This document shows, in pieces, positions 47,523 through 58,064 of a stretch of 64,000 nt of DNA. Source of the stretch: a bacterium. Lineage in GTDB: Bacteria > UBA8248 > JACPRG01 > G963555815. A model generated the notes under the pieces. That model was not told the DNA's origin. It did no database searches and saw only the letters and a list, made by a program, of their open reading frames with translations. The translations under genes and the position numbers were made by a program. Every line of letters begins with the position of its first letter. The stretch's first letter is position 1. The stretch spans positions 736,001-800,000 of the forward strand of contig CBDHDG010000006.1 of assembly GCA_965261595.1 (NCBI GenBank), given 5' to 3'.

Positions 47523-48527
47523 TTATTTCAGAAACTCGTTCGTGTAGGCGTCCTTGAGCGAAACTTTGTTAGGATCAGTGTTGAAGGCAGTCAATACGAT
47601 ATCCCTCGTCCGTTTCATTTTTTCTTTGGTCATGTAGCCGAGGCCGTTTTTCTTGGCCACCGGGGTCATAACCAGGAGATCCTTGAGAACGGTGATCGTC
47701 TCACGGGAGATCTTCGCATTTAGGTGCGGCTGAGACTTGAGTAGGATCTGGGTCGCCTCATCTGGGTGGTCGAACGTATACTGATAGGCCTTGATCAGGG
47801 CCTGCAAGAATCCTCGCACGGAACCTGGGTTCGCTTCGATGAACTTGTCCATGCCTACGATGGCGTTGCTGTAAATATCTACGCCATGGTGTGCATACAT
47901 GATCCTGTTGTAACCGCCGAATTTCTTGGTCACCTTGTTCATCAGCGGATCGAGCGTGACGAAAAAGCCACAACCATCGGCCTTTCCGGAGAGAAAGGTA
48001 GAGAGTTTAGCGGAAGGCGCAACGATCACAAAGGTGACCTTACTCTCGTCAATTCCGGTTGCTTTGGCGAAGGGTTTGAACAGCGTTTTATTGATGTCTG
48101 CAGCCGCCATCGCAATCCTTTTTCCTTCGAGGTCCTTGGGCTTGGTTATGCCGCTGTTCTTCTTCGTATAAATCAGAAACGGGGCTTGCTCATAGAAAAC
48201 TCCGACGAGCTTGGCTTTGTGCCCCTTAGACCTGCCGAGCATCGTCGCCCCGGCATCTCCGAAGCCCAAGTCATTCGTTCCCGCCACCAACTCCTTGAGA
48301 ACACCGGCGGACCCAAAGCCGCGCGACAACTTCACCTTGAGGCCCTGCGCTTCATAGAACCCCTTCTCCTGGGCCACGAAGAAGGGAGCGTGAACGCCGT
48401 AGAACGCCCAGTCCGCTCCGAATTTCAGGTTTTTTTTCTCCGCCGCTGCCGGGGCAGTCCATGTCAGGAGGAAAACACCCAAGGTCAAAAACCAGGCCGC
48501 CGGCCGAAGGCATCCGATTTTTCTCAT
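47523..48527 (-). CDS. ABC transporter substrate-binding protein, NMT1/THI5-like
   Basis: Signal peptide ending AAA, HAPFFVAQEKGFY, GFGS, PKDLEGKRI, YTNEFL. Confidence 0.85.
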   Translation of the reverse strand: MRKIGCLRPAAWFLTLGVFLLTWTAPAAAEKKNLKFGADWAFYGVHAPFFVAQEKGFYEAQGLKVKLSRGFGSAGVLKELVAGTNDLGFGDAGATMLGRSKGHKAKLVGVFYEQAPFLIYTKKNSGITKPKDLEGKRIAMAAADINKTLFKPFAKATGIDESKVTFVIVAPSAKLSTFLSGKADGCGFFVTLDPLMNKVTKKFGGYNRIMYAHHGVDIYSNAIVGMDKFIEANPGSVRGFLQALIKAYQYTFDHPDEATQILLKSQPHLNAKISRETITVLKDLLVMTPVAKKNGLGYMTKEKMKRTRDIVLTAFNTDPNKVSLKDAYTNEFLK

Positions 48528-48689
48528 CCTACGTCCTCCCTTGAACATGGACCGCCATGCCCTTGATGTGATCACCTTTGAGCGGGCGCTTCTAAATCCC
48601 GCCCGGTTGGGACAAACCTGCGTCAGATTCATTCCATGCCCGATAACTTTCAATCCTACCATAGACGCAATCTGTCGCCCCCGGATTTT

Positions 48690-50981
48690 TCAACCTTTCG
48701 CCTGAAACCCTTGGAGCACTTTTTCCGGCGTGATCGGCAGGTCGTTCACCCGCACCCCGATTGCGTCTTCGACCGCGTTGGCGATGGCCGCCGCCGTCGG
48801 CACCAGAACCGCCTCGGAGAACCCCTTCGCCCCGAAGGGGCCCGTCGGCTCCGGCTCCTCGATGAAGTCGTAGACGATGGGCGGCACGTCCAGGATGTTC
48901 GGCACCTTGTAATCAACGAGGCTGGGGTTTTCGATGACCCCGCCGGAGTAGACCACCTCCTCGATGAGGGCGAACCCCAGGCCCTGCGTCACGCCGCCTT
49001 GGAGTTGGCCGATAATGCCGCCGAGGTTGATGATCTGCCCCACGTCATGGGAGCAGATGAGCCGGAGGACTTCCACCTCTCCCGTTTCCTCGTCGACCTC
49101 TACCTCCGCGATGTGCGTACAGAAGGTCATCGTCGCGATGCCCGGGCGGGGATTTCCGTCTATGCAATCGACGTTGACGGGAGGGCCTTGGGCCTCAAAG
49201 ACGCCTCGGCCCAGGATCGGTCCGCCCCCTTTCGGCCCTTTGGCCTTGGTGAGTTTGGCGAAAGTCATGGTCCGCTCGGGTGCACCCGGCATGAAGACCT
49301 TCTTGTCGGCGACGGCCAGGTCCTCGGCGGGGACCTCCAAGACGTGGGCCGCCCGTTCGACGAGCTGCTGCTTGGCGTCCGCCGCCGCCAGCCGGACCAC
49401 GTTGCCGACGTTGTAGGTCACCCGGCTCGCGGCCGTGTAGTACTCGAAAGGCGTCGCGTCCGTATCGGCCGAGACGACCCGCACGTCGTCCACGCCGACG
49501 CCGAGCTCCTCGGCCGCGACCATCGCCACCATCGTGATCTGGCCCGCGCCGATCTCGATCACCCCGGACGACACCTGGACCGTCCCGTCGTCCATCACCT
49601 TGACGTTGGCGGAAGAGCTCAACCCGCCCGAGACGTGCATGCCGGAGGCGGCCCCCCGGCCCCGCCGCTTCCCGTTGCCGGAGGAGAGGGGCTTCCCGTC
49701 CCAATCCGCGTGCCGCGCGGCGGAATCGAGGGTCTTCTTCAGCCAGACCTCGTTCAGCTTCTGGCCGTTGACGAGGGAATCGCCGTGGTCCATCCCGTTC
49801 AACCGTCGAAGGTCAATCGGGTCGATGCCCAGCTCCCGGGCGATGATGTCCATCTGGGACTCGCCGGCGAAAATGGACTGGGGGGCTCCGTATCCCCGAA
49901 AGGCGCCGGAGATGGGCTTGTTCGTGTAGACGGTGTAGGCCTCGGCCCTGACGTTCGGGACCCGGTACACCCCCCTCGCGTAGAAGGCGCCGCCCGCGGC
50001 GATGGTGGGGCCGTGGTCCGCGTAGGCGCCGGTGTCGTAGTAGAGCTTCGCCTCGCGGGCCATGAGCCGGCCGTCCCGCTTGACGCCGGTGCGGATCTTC
50101 GTCGTCGTGGGGTGGCGGGGAAGGCCCGCGATAAAGTCTTCGTCCCGGGTGAATTGAAGCAGGACCGGCTTTCCGGACCGCAGCGCCAGGCCGGCGGCGT
50201 ACATGTCCGCCCGGGGCTTCTTGCCGCCGAAGCCGCCCCCGACGATCGCGCCGACGACCCGGACCTTCGTCATGGGAAGCGCCCACACCTTGGCCAAGAG
50301 CGCCTGGAGGTTGAAGACCCCCTGCGTGCTGGACCAGACGGTCAAGCCGTCCTGGCCGTCCTGCTGGGCGAGGGAAGCGTGGGGCTCCAGGTAGGTCTGG
50401 TGGTTCTGTTGTGTCGAGAAGGTGTGCTCGAAGACCTCGTCGGACTCCGCAAACCCTTTCTCGACGTTGCCGTACCCAAACCACGTCCGGCACACGACGT
50501 TCCCCGTCCGGCCCTTCACATCGAAGGTCGAGGTGTATTGGCCGGAATCCTCGTGAACGAGGGGCGCGTCGGGCTTCATCGCCTCGATGGAATTGAAGAC
50601 GGCGGGCAGCTCCTCGTATTCCACCTCGATGAGGGAGAGGGCCTCCTCGGCGATGTCGGCGTCCGTGGCGGCCACGGCCGCGATCTCGTCGCCCAGGTAG
50701 CGGACTTTCTCCGGATCGAACAACCTTTGATCGAAGATGGTGACCCCGTAGTGGATATCCGGCGTGTTCTTGGACGAAATGACCGCCTTGACGCCCGGCA
50801 GTTTCTCGGCCTTTCGTGTGTCGAGGTTGAGGATGCGGGCGTGGGGGTGGCGGCTCCGGAGGATCCGGCCGCAAAGCGTCCCGGGCAAGTGGATATCCGC
50901 CGTGTACTTAGCGCCCCCCGACGCCTTGGGCGCGCCGTCGATCCTCGGGATGTCCCGGCCTAAAACCTTGTACTCGGACAT
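48690..50981 (-). CDS. Xanthine dehydrogenase family molybdopterin-binding subunit
   Basis: LRSRHPHARI, VRYLGDEIAAV, VGGGFGGK, GAFRGYGAPQ, IGAGQ, GQLQGG, AKGFSE. Confidence 0.9.
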   Translation of the reverse strand: MSEYKVLGRDIPRIDGAPKASGGAKYTADIHLPGTLCGRILRSRHPHARILNLDTRKAEKLPGVKAVISSKNTPDIHYGVTIFDQRLFDPEKVRYLGDEIAAVAATDADIAEEALSLIEVEYEELPAVFNSIEAMKPDAPLVHEDSGQYTSTFDVKGRTGNVVCRTWFGYGNVEKGFAESDEVFEHTFSTQQNHQTYLEPHASLAQQDGQDGLTVWSSTQGVFNLQALLAKVWALPMTKVRVVGAIVGGGFGGKKPRADMYAAGLALRSGKPVLLQFTRDEDFIAGLPRHPTTTKIRTGVKRDGRLMAREAKLYYDTGAYADHGPTIAAGGAFYARGVYRVPNVRAEAYTVYTNKPISGAFRGYGAPQSIFAGESQMDIIARELGIDPIDLRRLNGMDHGDSLVNGQKLNEVWLKKTLDSAARHADWDGKPLSSGNGKRRGRGAASGMHVSGGLSSSANVKVMDDGTVQVSSGVIEIGAGQITMVAMVAAEELGVGVDDVRVVSADTDATPFEYYTAASRVTYNVGNVVRLAAADAKQQLVERAAHVLEVPAEDLAVADKKVFMPGAPERTMTFAKLTKAKGPKGGGPILGRGVFEAQGPPVNVDCIDGNPRPGIATMTFCTHIAEVEVDEETGEVEVLRLICSHDVGQIINLGGIIGQLQGGVTQGLGFALIEEVVYSGGVIENPSLVDYKVPNILDVPPIVYDFIEEPEPTGPFGAKGFSEAVLVPTAAAIANAVEDAIGVRVNDLPITPEKVLQGFQAKG

Positions 50982-51210
50982 GCGTGCCTTCTTTCCTGAT
51001 TGAACATCATGGGTCCGTGGAATCGTGTCATGCGATCCCCTCCAGTTTACCACGAGCGCGAGCGGCCGATGGCCGATGGCCCCCGGGCGAAATCTTTACA
51101 CCGATTTCCGTTCAGCTTAGATTGAGGGGCGTCCGGAACCCGACCCATCCCATTCCGGGGCGCGGATTCGTCCGTTCTTTCAGAAATCCCCTTTCCATTG
51201 GAGCGCCCGG

Positions 51211-51867
51211 ATGGCCAAGCTTTACGCCGTCGGCGACATCCATGGCTCCACCGCGCATTTGACCCGCCTCGTGGAGACCGTCCCCTTCGAGCCGGAGGAC
51301 CGAATCGTGTTCATCGGGGATTACATCGATCGCGGGCCGGATTCCCGCGGAACGGTGGAATTCCTGCTCTCTTTCCGGGAGAGGTTCCCGAAATGCGTAT
51401 TCCTGCGGGGGAACCACGAGGAGATGTTGGAAGAATTCCTGAACGGCGCGGATGGGTGCATACGGAACGCCTATATCATGAACGGCGGCGGGGAGACGCT
51501 GATCTCCTACGCGCTGAACCCTCTGGGGAAGGTCAAAGCCGCGGATTTCCCCGAAGGCCATCTGGATTTCCTGTTCGAAACCGCGCTCACGCATGGGGAG
51601 GACGGGTTCCTGTTCGTCCACGCCGGGATCCGCCCCGGCGTCGCGTTGGAGGACCAGAGCCGGCAGGACCTGTTGTGGATCCGCGAGGAGTTCTTCACCC
51701 ACGAGCACGCCCTGGGTCTCACGGTGGTCTTCGGCCACACCCCTTTGCGGGACATTTTCCAGAACCCGCCCTACGCCATCGGCATCGACACCGGCGCGGT
51801 GTTCGGCGGGATGCTGACGTGCGTCGAGCTGGGTGACGGGAAAATCCTGAACGCCTACCAGGTGTGA
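51211..51867 (+). CDS. Metallophosphoesterase (Ser/Thr phosphatase PphA-like)
   Basis: GDIHG, GDYIDRG, RGNHE, VHAG, FGHTP, IDTG. Confidence 0.9.
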   Translation: MAKLYAVGDIHGSTAHLTRLVETVPFEPEDRIVFIGDYIDRGPDSRGTVEFLLSFRERFPKCVFLRGNHEEMLEEFLNGADGCIRNAYIMNGGGETLISYALNPLGKVKAADFPEGHLDFLFETALTHGEDGFLFVHAGIRPGVALEDQSRQDLLWIREEFFTHEHALGLTVVFGHTPLRDIFQNPPYAIGIDTGAVFGGMLTCVELGDGKILNAYQV

Positions 51868-51938
51868 GCCGTCCCGCGGGAAATGGGCAGGGTGAAAGAA
51901 GGCTTTCCTCATATGGTTGTCATACATAGAGAGAGACG

Positions 51939-54446
51939 ATGAAATCAACCCCTGAAGACATCCGCGCCTACCTGGCGGACCATCCCGAAAAATCGGCCAG
52001 CCTCCGGGAGATCATCCGGCACTTCGCAATCCCCGAGGCGGACCGGCCCGCCTTCCGCCGCACGGTCAAGCGGCTGGCGGGAGAGGGCTTTCTTGTCCGG
52101 GCGCGCGGCGGCCGGTACGCGGCCCCCGAAGCCCTCAACCTCGTCACAGGAAGGCTTCAGGCCCACCCGGACGGATACGCCTTCGTGGTCCCCGCACCGG
52201 CCAAGCCCACCGGGGAGGGGGAAGCCGCGCCGGACGGCGTTTCCCTTGTCCGCGAAGGCGAGGACGTCTTCATCCCGCCGGGCGCCCGGGCCGGCGCCCT
52301 GCACGGCGACCGGGTGACGGCCCGGAGAAAACAGGGGATGCGCGGGAAGTGGGAAGGCGAGATCGTGCGGATCGAAGAAAGGGGGGCCGGCGAGATCGTC
52401 GGCCGGATCGACGGCGCCGGGGGCCGTCGCTGGTTCGTTCCCCTGGACCCCCGATTCGGTGAGCGGGCGGTCATCGCCAGAGACGGGGATCACCCGGACG
52501 CCCGCAAGGGCATGCTCGCCGTCCTTCAAATCGACCCCGACCCAACGCGCCGCGTCCCCGGGCGGGGGGGGGAGAGGGGAAGGGGCGGAGGCCGGACAAG
52601 GAGGCCGGTTCCCGGGGCGACGGGAAAAATCGTCCGGGTTCTGGGCTATCCGGACGACCCCCGGGTCGAGGTGGACATGATCTGCGCCGAGTTCGGCCTG
52701 CGCACGGATTTCCCCGAAGAGGCGCTTCGGGAGGCAGCGTCACTCCACGAGCCGGACGCGGCGGAGGCCCGCAAGCGCGAGGACCTGCGGAACCTTCTGA
52801 CCGTCACGATCGACGGCGAGACGGCGAAGGATTTCGACGACGCGGTCTCCTTGGAGACTCTGCCTGGCGGCGTGCGCCGTCTCGGCGTCCACATCGCCGA
52901 CGTCAGCAGCTACACGGCCGAAGGGGGCGCCCTGGACACCGAGGCCCGGCTCCGCGGGACAAGCGTCTACTTCCCCGGCGCCGCGATCCCGATGCTGCCA
53001 CCCGGCCTGAGCGAAAACCTCTGCTCACTCCTTCCGAACCGGGACCGGCTGACCCTGACTGCGTTTCTGGACTACGACCGGCAGGGGTGCCGGACGGGCA
53101 TCCGGCTGGCCGATACGATCATCCACAGCCGGGCGCGCCTGACGTACGCCGGCGTGTCTTCCTTTCTGGATGGAGAGACGGCCGCGGGCCCTCCCGAAGA
53201 CGCTCCGCCGCCCGACGTCACGCCGCCCGAGGGGTACGAGGAGGTTCCCGGCCTGGAGAAAACCCTGCGGAAAATGGCCCGGCTGGCCCGGCAGCTCCGG
53301 TCGCGGCGGCTGAATGAGGGGGGCCTCGACCTGGACATCCCCGAGCCGGAGGTCGTGGTGGACGCCGAAGGCCGGGTCACCCGGATCCGGCGCGCGCCCA
53401 GGCACTTCTCCCAGCAGATCATAGAGGAGTTCATGCTCGCGGCGAACCGGTCGGTGGCCGAGCGGCTGGCCGGGACGGACCCGCCGCGGCCGGACGCCGA
53501 GGACGGGGACCGGCCGGGGATGTTCCGCGTCCACGAGCCGCCCGATCCCGACAAGTTGAAAGAGATCGCCCTTTTGCTTCGCAACCTTCACCACCAGACG
53601 CCCGGTCTTTCCTCGGGCGATCCTCGGGCGCTCGGGCGGGTCCTCACGGCGGCCCGGGGCGGGGCGGAGGAGGCTTTCGTCAACATGGCGGTCCTTCGCG
53701 CCATGAAGCTCGCGCGATATGATCCGGCCAACCTCGGCCACTTCGGTCTCGGCTTCGCGCACTACACGCACTTCACCTCGCCCATCCGCCGGCATCCTGA
53801 CCTGATCGTCCACCGGCTGATCCGGGCCGACGGATTGACGGGTCGGCGGAAGATGGGCCGCAGGAGGCTCCAGAGCCTCGAAGGTCGCATGCACACCCTG
53901 GCCGGTGAGGCGTCCCGGCTCGAGCGGGCCGCCGAGAGCGCCGAGCGGGCGATGCTCGACTACAAGCGCGTGCAGTTCATGCGGGATCTCGTCGGCGAAA
54001 CGTTCGAGGGCAAGGTGAGCGGGATCGTCCGCACCGGCTTCTTCGTGACGTTGAACGAACATTTTGTGGACGGGTTCGTCCGCCTAGCGGATTTCGGGGA
54101 TGACTACTACGTATTCGAGGAGGAGAATTACCGTCTCCTCGGCCGGCGGACGCGCCGAGCCATCAACCTGGGGGACGAGGTCACCGTCCGGGTGGACCGT
54201 GCGAACCTGGACACGCGGCGTATCGACTTCTCACTGTCCGGGCCGGAGGCGTCCGGGGGGGTGCCGGAGACAGCGGGACGACGCGGACGGAAAACGTCCC
54301 CCCCCCATCCCCCTTCCCCTTCCCATCGTTCCGGACAGCCGCGGCGGGCGGGAGGAAAGACCCTCAAGGCCGAAGGGCGGGGATCGACGCCGAGAAAGAG
54401 AGGCGGGACAACGCGAAAGGCGGGCCGGAAGAGCGGAAGGCGGTAA
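51939..54446 (+). CDS. rnr: Ribonuclease R
   Basis: TIDGETAKDFDDAVS, HIADVS, RGTSVY, IEEFMLAAN, HFTSPIRR, S1 domain, basic tail; adjacent to smpB. Confidence 0.93.
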   Translation: MKSTPEDIRAYLADHPEKSASLREIIRHFAIPEADRPAFRRTVKRLAGEGFLVRARGGRYAAPEALNLVTGRLQAHPDGYAFVVPAPAKPTGEGEAAPDGVSLVREGEDVFIPPGARAGALHGDRVTARRKQGMRGKWEGEIVRIEERGAGEIVGRIDGAGGRRWFVPLDPRFGERAVIARDGDHPDARKGMLAVLQIDPDPTRRVPGRGGERGRGGGRTRRPVPGATGKIVRVLGYPDDPRVEVDMICAEFGLRTDFPEEALREAASLHEPDAAEARKREDLRNLLTVTIDGETAKDFDDAVSLETLPGGVRRLGVHIADVSSYTAEGGALDTEARLRGTSVYFPGAAIPMLPPGLSENLCSLLPNRDRLTLTAFLDYDRQGCRTGIRLADTIIHSRARLTYAGVSSFLDGETAAGPPEDAPPPDVTPPEGYEEVPGLEKTLRKMARLARQLRSRRLNEGGLDLDIPEPEVVVDAEGRVTRIRRAPRHFSQQIIEEFMLAANRSVAERLAGTDPPRPDAEDGDRPGMFRVHEPPDPDKLKEIALLLRNLHHQTPGLSSGDPRALGRVLTAARGGAEEAFVNMAVLRAMKLARYDPANLGHFGLGFAHYTHFTSPIRRHPDLIVHRLIRADGLTGRRKMGRRRLQSLEGRMHTLAGEASRLERAAESAERAMLDYKRVQFMRDLVGETFEGKVSGIVRTGFFVTLNEHFVDGFVRLADFGDDYYVFEEENYRLLGRRTRRAINLGDEVTVRVDRANLDTRRIDFSLSGPEASGGVPETAGRRGRKTSPPHPPSPSHRSGQPRRAGGKTLKAEGRGSTPRKRGGTTRKAGRKSGRR

Positions 54447-54509
54447 AGAGCAAAGAAGCACCCCATCGCATGGAAGTATAGACACCGGAATGAAAAAAGA
54501 GGCCAAGCC

Positions 54510-54818
54510 ATGAGCGCAAATCCAGTTTACGCAATCATCGACGTGGACGTGAAAGACCCGGCGTTGTTCGAGGAGTACGTGAAGGGATATGTCCCGACCG
54601 CCGAGAAGTTCGGAGGCAAATTCCTGGTCTCCCCGCACGGGGGCGGGTTCGAGAAGATCACGGGCGATTGGGAGCCGAGGAGGCTTTTCATCGTCCAGTG
54701 GCCGAGCGCGGAGGCCTATCACCGCTGGCGCCAATCCGAGGATTACCGCCCGTGGAACGAGCTGCGGCGCAAGGCGGCCGAGCCGAACATCATCCTCGTC
54801 GAGGGGCTGCCCCTGTAG
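54510..54818 (+). CDS. DUF1330-like protein
   Basis: AIIDVDVKDP...FGGKFL...WPSAEA...SEDY...LVEG pattern. Confidence 0.75.
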   Translation: MSANPVYAIIDVDVKDPALFEEYVKGYVPTAEKFGGKFLVSPHGGGFEKITGDWEPRRLFIVQWPSAEAYHRWRQSEDYRPWNELRRKAAEPNIILVEGLPL

Positions 54819-54954
54819 AGGCCCGCGGCCGCTTTGAAACCCTGTGTTGCGGACGGTTCGCCCGGACCCTATCTTTAATGAAAGGGCTCCGACAGGGTGC
54901 GAATTCCAAACAGCGTGTAAAATCATATAATTACGGCGAGAAGGAGTGGTTTCC

Positions 54955-55425
54955 GTGACAGGCGGCATCAAGATCATCTGCAATAACCGCAAAGCCTGGC
55001 ACGATTACGCAATCGAGGAGACGCTCGAGGCGGGTCTGGTCCTGTGGGGATCAGAGGTGAAATCCCTCCGGGCCGGGAAGGCGAACCTGAAGGACAGCTA
55101 CGCCGACGTTCGGGGCGAGGAGATTTTTTTGGTCGGTACGCATATCAGCCCCTACAACCCGGCCGGCCAGTCGAATCACCACCCCGAGCGCGACCGCAAA
55201 CTCCTTCTTCACCGCAAGGAGATCGGCAAGCTCATCGGGAAGGTGAACGAGCGCGGGTTGACCCTCATCCCCCTGAAGATGTACTTCAAGCAGGGAAAGG
55301 CCAAGGTCGAGCTCGCCCTGGCCAAGGGGAAAAGGCAATACGACAAGCGCGAGACGCTCAAGCGCAAAGAGGCCCAGCGGGAGATGGCCCGGGCGATCAA
55401 AGACACGGGAAGGGCCAAGGCGTAG
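54955..55425 (+). CDS. smpB: SsrA-binding protein
   Basis: NRKAWHDY, GSEVKSLR, RKLLLHRKEI, AKGKRQYDKR; AAGGAG SD. Confidence 0.96.
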   Translation: MTGGIKIICNNRKAWHDYAIEETLEAGLVLWGSEVKSLRAGKANLKDSYADVRGEEIFLVGTHISPYNPAGQSNHHPERDRKLLLHRKEIGKLIGKVNERGLTLIPLKMYFKQGKAKVELALAKGKRQYDKRETLKRKEAQREMARAIKDTGRAKA

Positions 55426-55678
55426 CTTGCAATTTTCATAACGAGGAGAGGGAAGCCCCCGCGCTATACTCGGGCGGTTGCAGGAGTCAACCGACTCGCG
55501 CCCCGCCCCTGCATTGAATCGACCGAAAACCTCGTCGCGTGTAGGGGCGGCGCCCAGTCGGAGAATCATTGTGAGAAAACCCGGCTGAGCGTTTTGCCGA
55601 TTCCTGATGATGGGTTTCTGAACGAATAGGAGGTGAGCGAGGAGAGAAGCTTTGTCCTTACTCCCGAATCGTCTGATT

Positions 55679-56038
55679 GGGGGCGATATGGCTTCGACGG
55701 GGGTGTATGAAGTCCGGGTCGCATGCCGAGGTGCCGTTGGCCTCGTTAAACCACGGCAACCAACAACTGCCGACCAAGAGTTGGCCCTCGCCGCTTAAAT
55801 AGCGGCCGAGCGCCCTTCCGGGCCGCGCCCGTAGGCCCGGGTCAGGGTGTCATAAAATCGGGCTAGTCCGCGGCGTCGCGCCTCGGGGCAGTCGCGGGCG
55901 AAACTGAACTGAGGCTGGCGCTCCTTCGTCCCCGCCGGGGGGATTTGAGGGGCGCGAGATCCAAAACCCCGGCTATGCATGTAGACGCCCGAGGCTGAAA
56001 ACCTTCGGACGGGGGTTCGATTCCCCCCGCCTCCACCA
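55679..56038 (+). ncRNA. ssrA: tmRNA; tag peptide (A)ADQELALAA* at 55769-55798
   Basis: 5' GGGGGCG...TTCGACGGG; 3' T-arm GGGGGTTCGATTCCCCC and CGCCTCCACCA end; tag ORF ending ALAA; downstream of smpB. Confidence 0.95.
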
Positions 56039-56080
56039 ATGTCATTATTCAAGTGTAATTAGAAATTATCACTTCTCACC

Positions 56081-56111
56081 AAAAGCCCCTTTTTTCAAGG
56101 GGTTTTCTTTT
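56081..56111 (+). terminator. Rho-independent terminator-like hairpin after ssrA
   Basis: AAAAGCCCCTT-TTTTC-AAGGGGTTTTCTTTT. Confidence 0.6.
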
Positions 56112-56206
56112 TCCATGACTTGCAAGGTATCGCATGATTATCGTATGTTCTCTTCTTAATTGTTGGTATCTATGTGGGTAACAACTTTGGAGAGAGGACA
56201 TATTCC

Positions 56207-57388
56207 GTGAGAAAACTCACCGCAGCCGAGGCGAAATCAATCAAGAGACCGGGGATGTATCGCGCCGGTGATACGCTCTATTTGCGCATTTCCTCCACTG
56301 GCGCGAAAAGCTGGGTGCAAAGAATTTTGGTCGACGGGCGTCGTCGCGACATCGGACTGGGTTCTTTTTCTCTCGTTTCCTTGGCCGAAGCGAGAGAGAA
56401 GGCACACCAAAACCGCCGCCTCGCCCGCGTAGACGGCGTCAACCCGCTGGCCGCAAAAAGGAAGGCCAAGGTCCCGACCTTCGCCGAGGCCGCGCTGAAG
56501 ACGCACGAGGTGCTCAAGCCGACTTGGCGAAACGAGAAACACGCCGTGTCATGGATGCAGACGCTTGAGAAATACGCCATGCCGCGCCTTGGTGATATGC
56601 GGGTGGACAAAATCGGTCGTGAGGATATGCTGGCCGTCTTGACGTCGATATGGGCCTCACGGCCAGAAACCGCGCGCCGTGTGCGCCAGAGAATCGGGGC
56701 GGTAATGGAATGGTCTCAGGCGCATGATTTCGTCGCTCAGAACGTCGCGCGCAACGCCATAAGCGGTGCTCTGCCGAAGTTACCGAAGGTGAAAGAACAC
56801 TACCGGACGCTGCCCTATCGGGAAGTAGCGGAGGCGCTCGAAATCATCGAAGCGTCAAAAGCATCCATGAGCGCGAAGTCATGTTTCAGGTTTCTCGTTC
56901 TAACCGCCGCCAGAAGCGGCGAGGCGAGGGGCGCCACATGGGATGAAATCAATCTCGAATCTCGGGAGTGGCGAATCCCGGCCTCGCGCATGAAGGCCTA
57001 CGTGGAGCATCGCGTTCCGTTAAGCGATGAGGCGGTCGCGGTGCTCGAAAAGGCGCGGGCGCTCGATGACGGGAGCGGGTTGGTTTTTCCATCGCCGGTG
57101 CGGAAGGGCAAGCCGTTGAGCGATATGACCCTGACAAAGGTTTTGAGAGACAACGGCTTTGCGGAGCGCGCGACCGTACATGGCTTTCGTTCGACCTTCC
57201 GCGATTGGTGCGCCGAGACGGGCAAACCGCGCGAACCTGCCGAGGCGGCACTGGCGCACATCGTCGGCGGTGTCGAGGGGGCTTATTTCCGAAGTGACCT
57301 TTTCGCGAAGCGCCGCCGATTGATGGAGTCGTGGGGCGCGTTCGTGGCCGGTAGCACCGGCAGGAAGGTGGTGCGGCTCCATGGATGA
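56207..57388 (+). CDS. int: P4-like tyrosine integrase with N-terminal Arm-binding domain
   Basis: LYLRIS..GAKSW, IGLGSF..VSLAEARE, TAARSGE, HGFRSTFRDW, ALAH, AYFRSD. Confidence 0.93.
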   Translation: MRKLTAAEAKSIKRPGMYRAGDTLYLRISSTGAKSWVQRILVDGRRRDIGLGSFSLVSLAEAREKAHQNRRLARVDGVNPLAAKRKAKVPTFAEAALKTHEVLKPTWRNEKHAVSWMQTLEKYAMPRLGDMRVDKIGREDMLAVLTSIWASRPETARRVRQRIGAVMEWSQAHDFVAQNVARNAISGALPKLPKVKEHYRTLPYREVAEALEIIEASKASMSAKSCFRFLVLTAARSGEARGATWDEINLESREWRIPASRMKAYVEHRVPLSDEAVAVLEKARALDDGSGLVFPSPVRKGKPLSDMTLTKVLRDNGFAERATVHGFRSTFRDWCAETGKPREPAEAALAHIVGGVEGAYFRSDLFAKRRRLMESWGAFVAGSTGRKVVRLHG

Positions 57389-57992
57389 ATTTATGGCCAT
57401 CCAGCGCGCCCTGAACCATCGTGAGGCAGGGACACGCCCGGAATTTCAAGAGGCCGTCGAAATCGCCCGTGGGCTGTTAAGGGTGTATGAAGCTGTCGGG
57501 AACACGCCGGCGGAGGCGCTGGCTTGCTCCTACTGGACTAACAAGGTCGACGTTCTCACTGCCTTCATTCGTTGTCCCGATTCGGCCGTGGAATGGGATA
57601 CAGTGAATTTGATTGCGCAAAAGATGCTTCGGGAAGAGAGGTCGCTACCCCCCGAGTTGGCAGAATGGATAGCCGACGTGCTGGCTGACCAGTTGTTGAA
57701 ACAGAAGGAGGAAAAACGAAGGCCGCGACTGACCAAAAGGGGTGTAGACCCGGACAAGGACTCCGTGCGAAACATGAAGATCGTTAACGCCGTGATGATG
57801 CTGACCGAACTGGGAATGATTGCGACGCGCAACATCACGCGGGGAGGAACCAACGCCGCTGAGGAAGGCGGCTCGGCATGTGATGCGGTCGGCATGGCGA
57901 CGGGTCTGACCTACAGGAACGTCGTACGCATTTGGACAGACGGCGCTCCGGCGTCTCCGGTTCTTTCCCGTTACACGCAAATCGAAAAATAA
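57381..57992 (+). CDS. Hypothetical protein (possible C-terminal HTH)
   Basis: 203 aa ORF overlapping the int stop; ACDAVGMATGLTYRNVVRIW. Confidence 0.6.
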   Translation: MDEFMAIQRALNHREAGTRPEFQEAVEIARGLLRVYEAVGNTPAEALACSYWTNKVDVLTAFIRCPDSAVEWDTVNLIAQKMLREERSLPPELAEWIADVLADQLLKQKEEKRRPRLTKRGVDPDKDSVRNMKIVNAVMMLTELGMIATRNITRGGTNAAEEGGSACDAVGMATGLTYRNVVRIWTDGAPASPVLSRYTQIEK

Positions 57993-58064
57993 ATGGGATG
58001 CATGCCATCATTATTTTTGAGATTCTCCGAGTGCGTTCAATAAATCACATCTGGAGGATTTCAA

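Noticed and set aside
48636..50963. 775 aa + strand ORF and similar long antisense ORFs (8000-9889, 29944-31560, 1771-3213)
   Set aside because: Shadows of the XDH subunit, ubiD, MDR and SBP genes
56005..56038. tRNA gene
   Set aside because: This is the tRNA-like 3' end of tmRNA; there is no anticodon arm
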